The notes under the pieces were generated by a model. The model made no database searches, had not been told where the DNA came from, and worked only from the letters and a program-made list of their open reading frames with translations. A stretch of DNA of 64,000 nucleotides from assembly GCA_046300055.1 (NCBI GenBank), contig JBKCMR010000001.1:7472-71471 (forward strand). Reading direction: 5' to 3'. A program made the position numbers and the translations under genes. This DNA is from Bacteroidota bacterium. Lineage in GTDB: Bacteria; Bacteroidota; Bacteroidia; Chitinophagales; Chitinophagaceae. Below are positions 63,689 to 64,000 of this stretch, in pieces; the stretch's first letter is position 1, and each line of letters opens with the position of its first letter.

Positions 63689-64000
63689 TCAGGCGTGGGC
63701 GCGCACCATGTCAAGGAATTGATCGAACAGGTAGCGGCTGTCGTGCGGCCCGGGCGTTGCCTCCGGATGGTACTGTACAGAGAAAGCCGGCTTGCCCTTC
63801 ACCCGAATGCCTTCTATGGATCGGTCATTCAGATTTACATGGGTAACCTCGATGTGATCTGCTTTGGCGATCGAATCCGGATCTACCCCGAATCCGTGAT
63901 TTTGGGTGGTGATCTCGGAGCGACCGGTAATCAGGTTTTTGACCGGATGATTCAATCCACGATGCCCATGATGCATTTTGAAAGTAGATACCCCATTGGC
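63689..64000 (-). CDS. carA: carbamoyl-phosphate synthase small subunit, C-terminal part (runs off the window)
   Basis: [16 protein letters not shown] and SVQYHPEA glutamine-amidotransferase motifs. The frame stays open to the window edge. Confidence 0.85.
   Translation of the reverse strand, partial: ANGVSTFKMHHGHRGLNHPVKNLITGRSEITTQNHGFGVDPDSIAKADHIEVTHVNLNDRSIEGIRVKGKPAFSVQYHPEATPGPHDSRYLFDQFLDMVRAHA

Noticed and set aside
1-64000. CRISPR arrays, rRNA, tmRNA/RNase P/SRP RNAs, transposases, toxin-antitoxin pairs and known defence systems.
   Set aside because: There are no spaced direct-repeat arrays. No intergenic gap is longer than about 166 nt except those holding tRNAs or the small ORF. 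No ORF carries nuclease, RT, integrase, helicase, ATPase or methylase-restriction signatures typical of defence or mobile elements.

Overview
This is a 64-kb chromosomal window that looks like Bacteroidota. The evidence is a PorQ-like T9SS gene, a protein with a T9SS C-terminal sorting domain, DUF5683 directly after parAB, and 17 intergenic matches to the Bacteroidota -7 promoter box TAnnTTTG placed just upstream of genes.

I call about 62 protein-coding genes and 2 tRNAs (Cys-GCA, Leu-CAA). I saw no rRNA, CRISPR array, transposase, integrase or phage genes.

Most of the window is densely packed housekeeping: dapF, dapB, purB, prfC, tsaD, lon, parAB, aconitase, glmM, a cysteine desulfurase, aroQ, a partial carA, ubiX and mqnA.

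Two stretches look accessory and visibly more AT-rich:
- **About 4.3-13.5 kb:** a surface-glycan cluster with a YfhO-type GT-C protein, four glycosyltransferases, wecB and two methyltransferases. It has no flippase, polymerase or initiating transferase.
- **26.27-29.26 kb:** a tightly coupled three-gene module. It consists of an unannotated 54-aa membrane peptide, a kinase-like/SAM-methyltransferase fusion and a polytopic alkaline-phosphatase-superfamily transferase.

The second module is my best candidate for an undescribed envelope-modification system. By analogy with WbdD plus EptA/LtaS, it could perform phosphorylation, methylation and head-group transfer.

Other unusual items are a DPP-IV peptidase fused in frame to a DUF4369/TlpA-like thioredoxin module, a DUF6702-HupE-M1 peptidase trio, apparently leaderless promoters, and an A8 tract that separates an upstream ATG from the M42 peptidase frame.

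All functional calls rest on motif and family recognition by eye. No database search was possible, so novelty claims are hypotheses.
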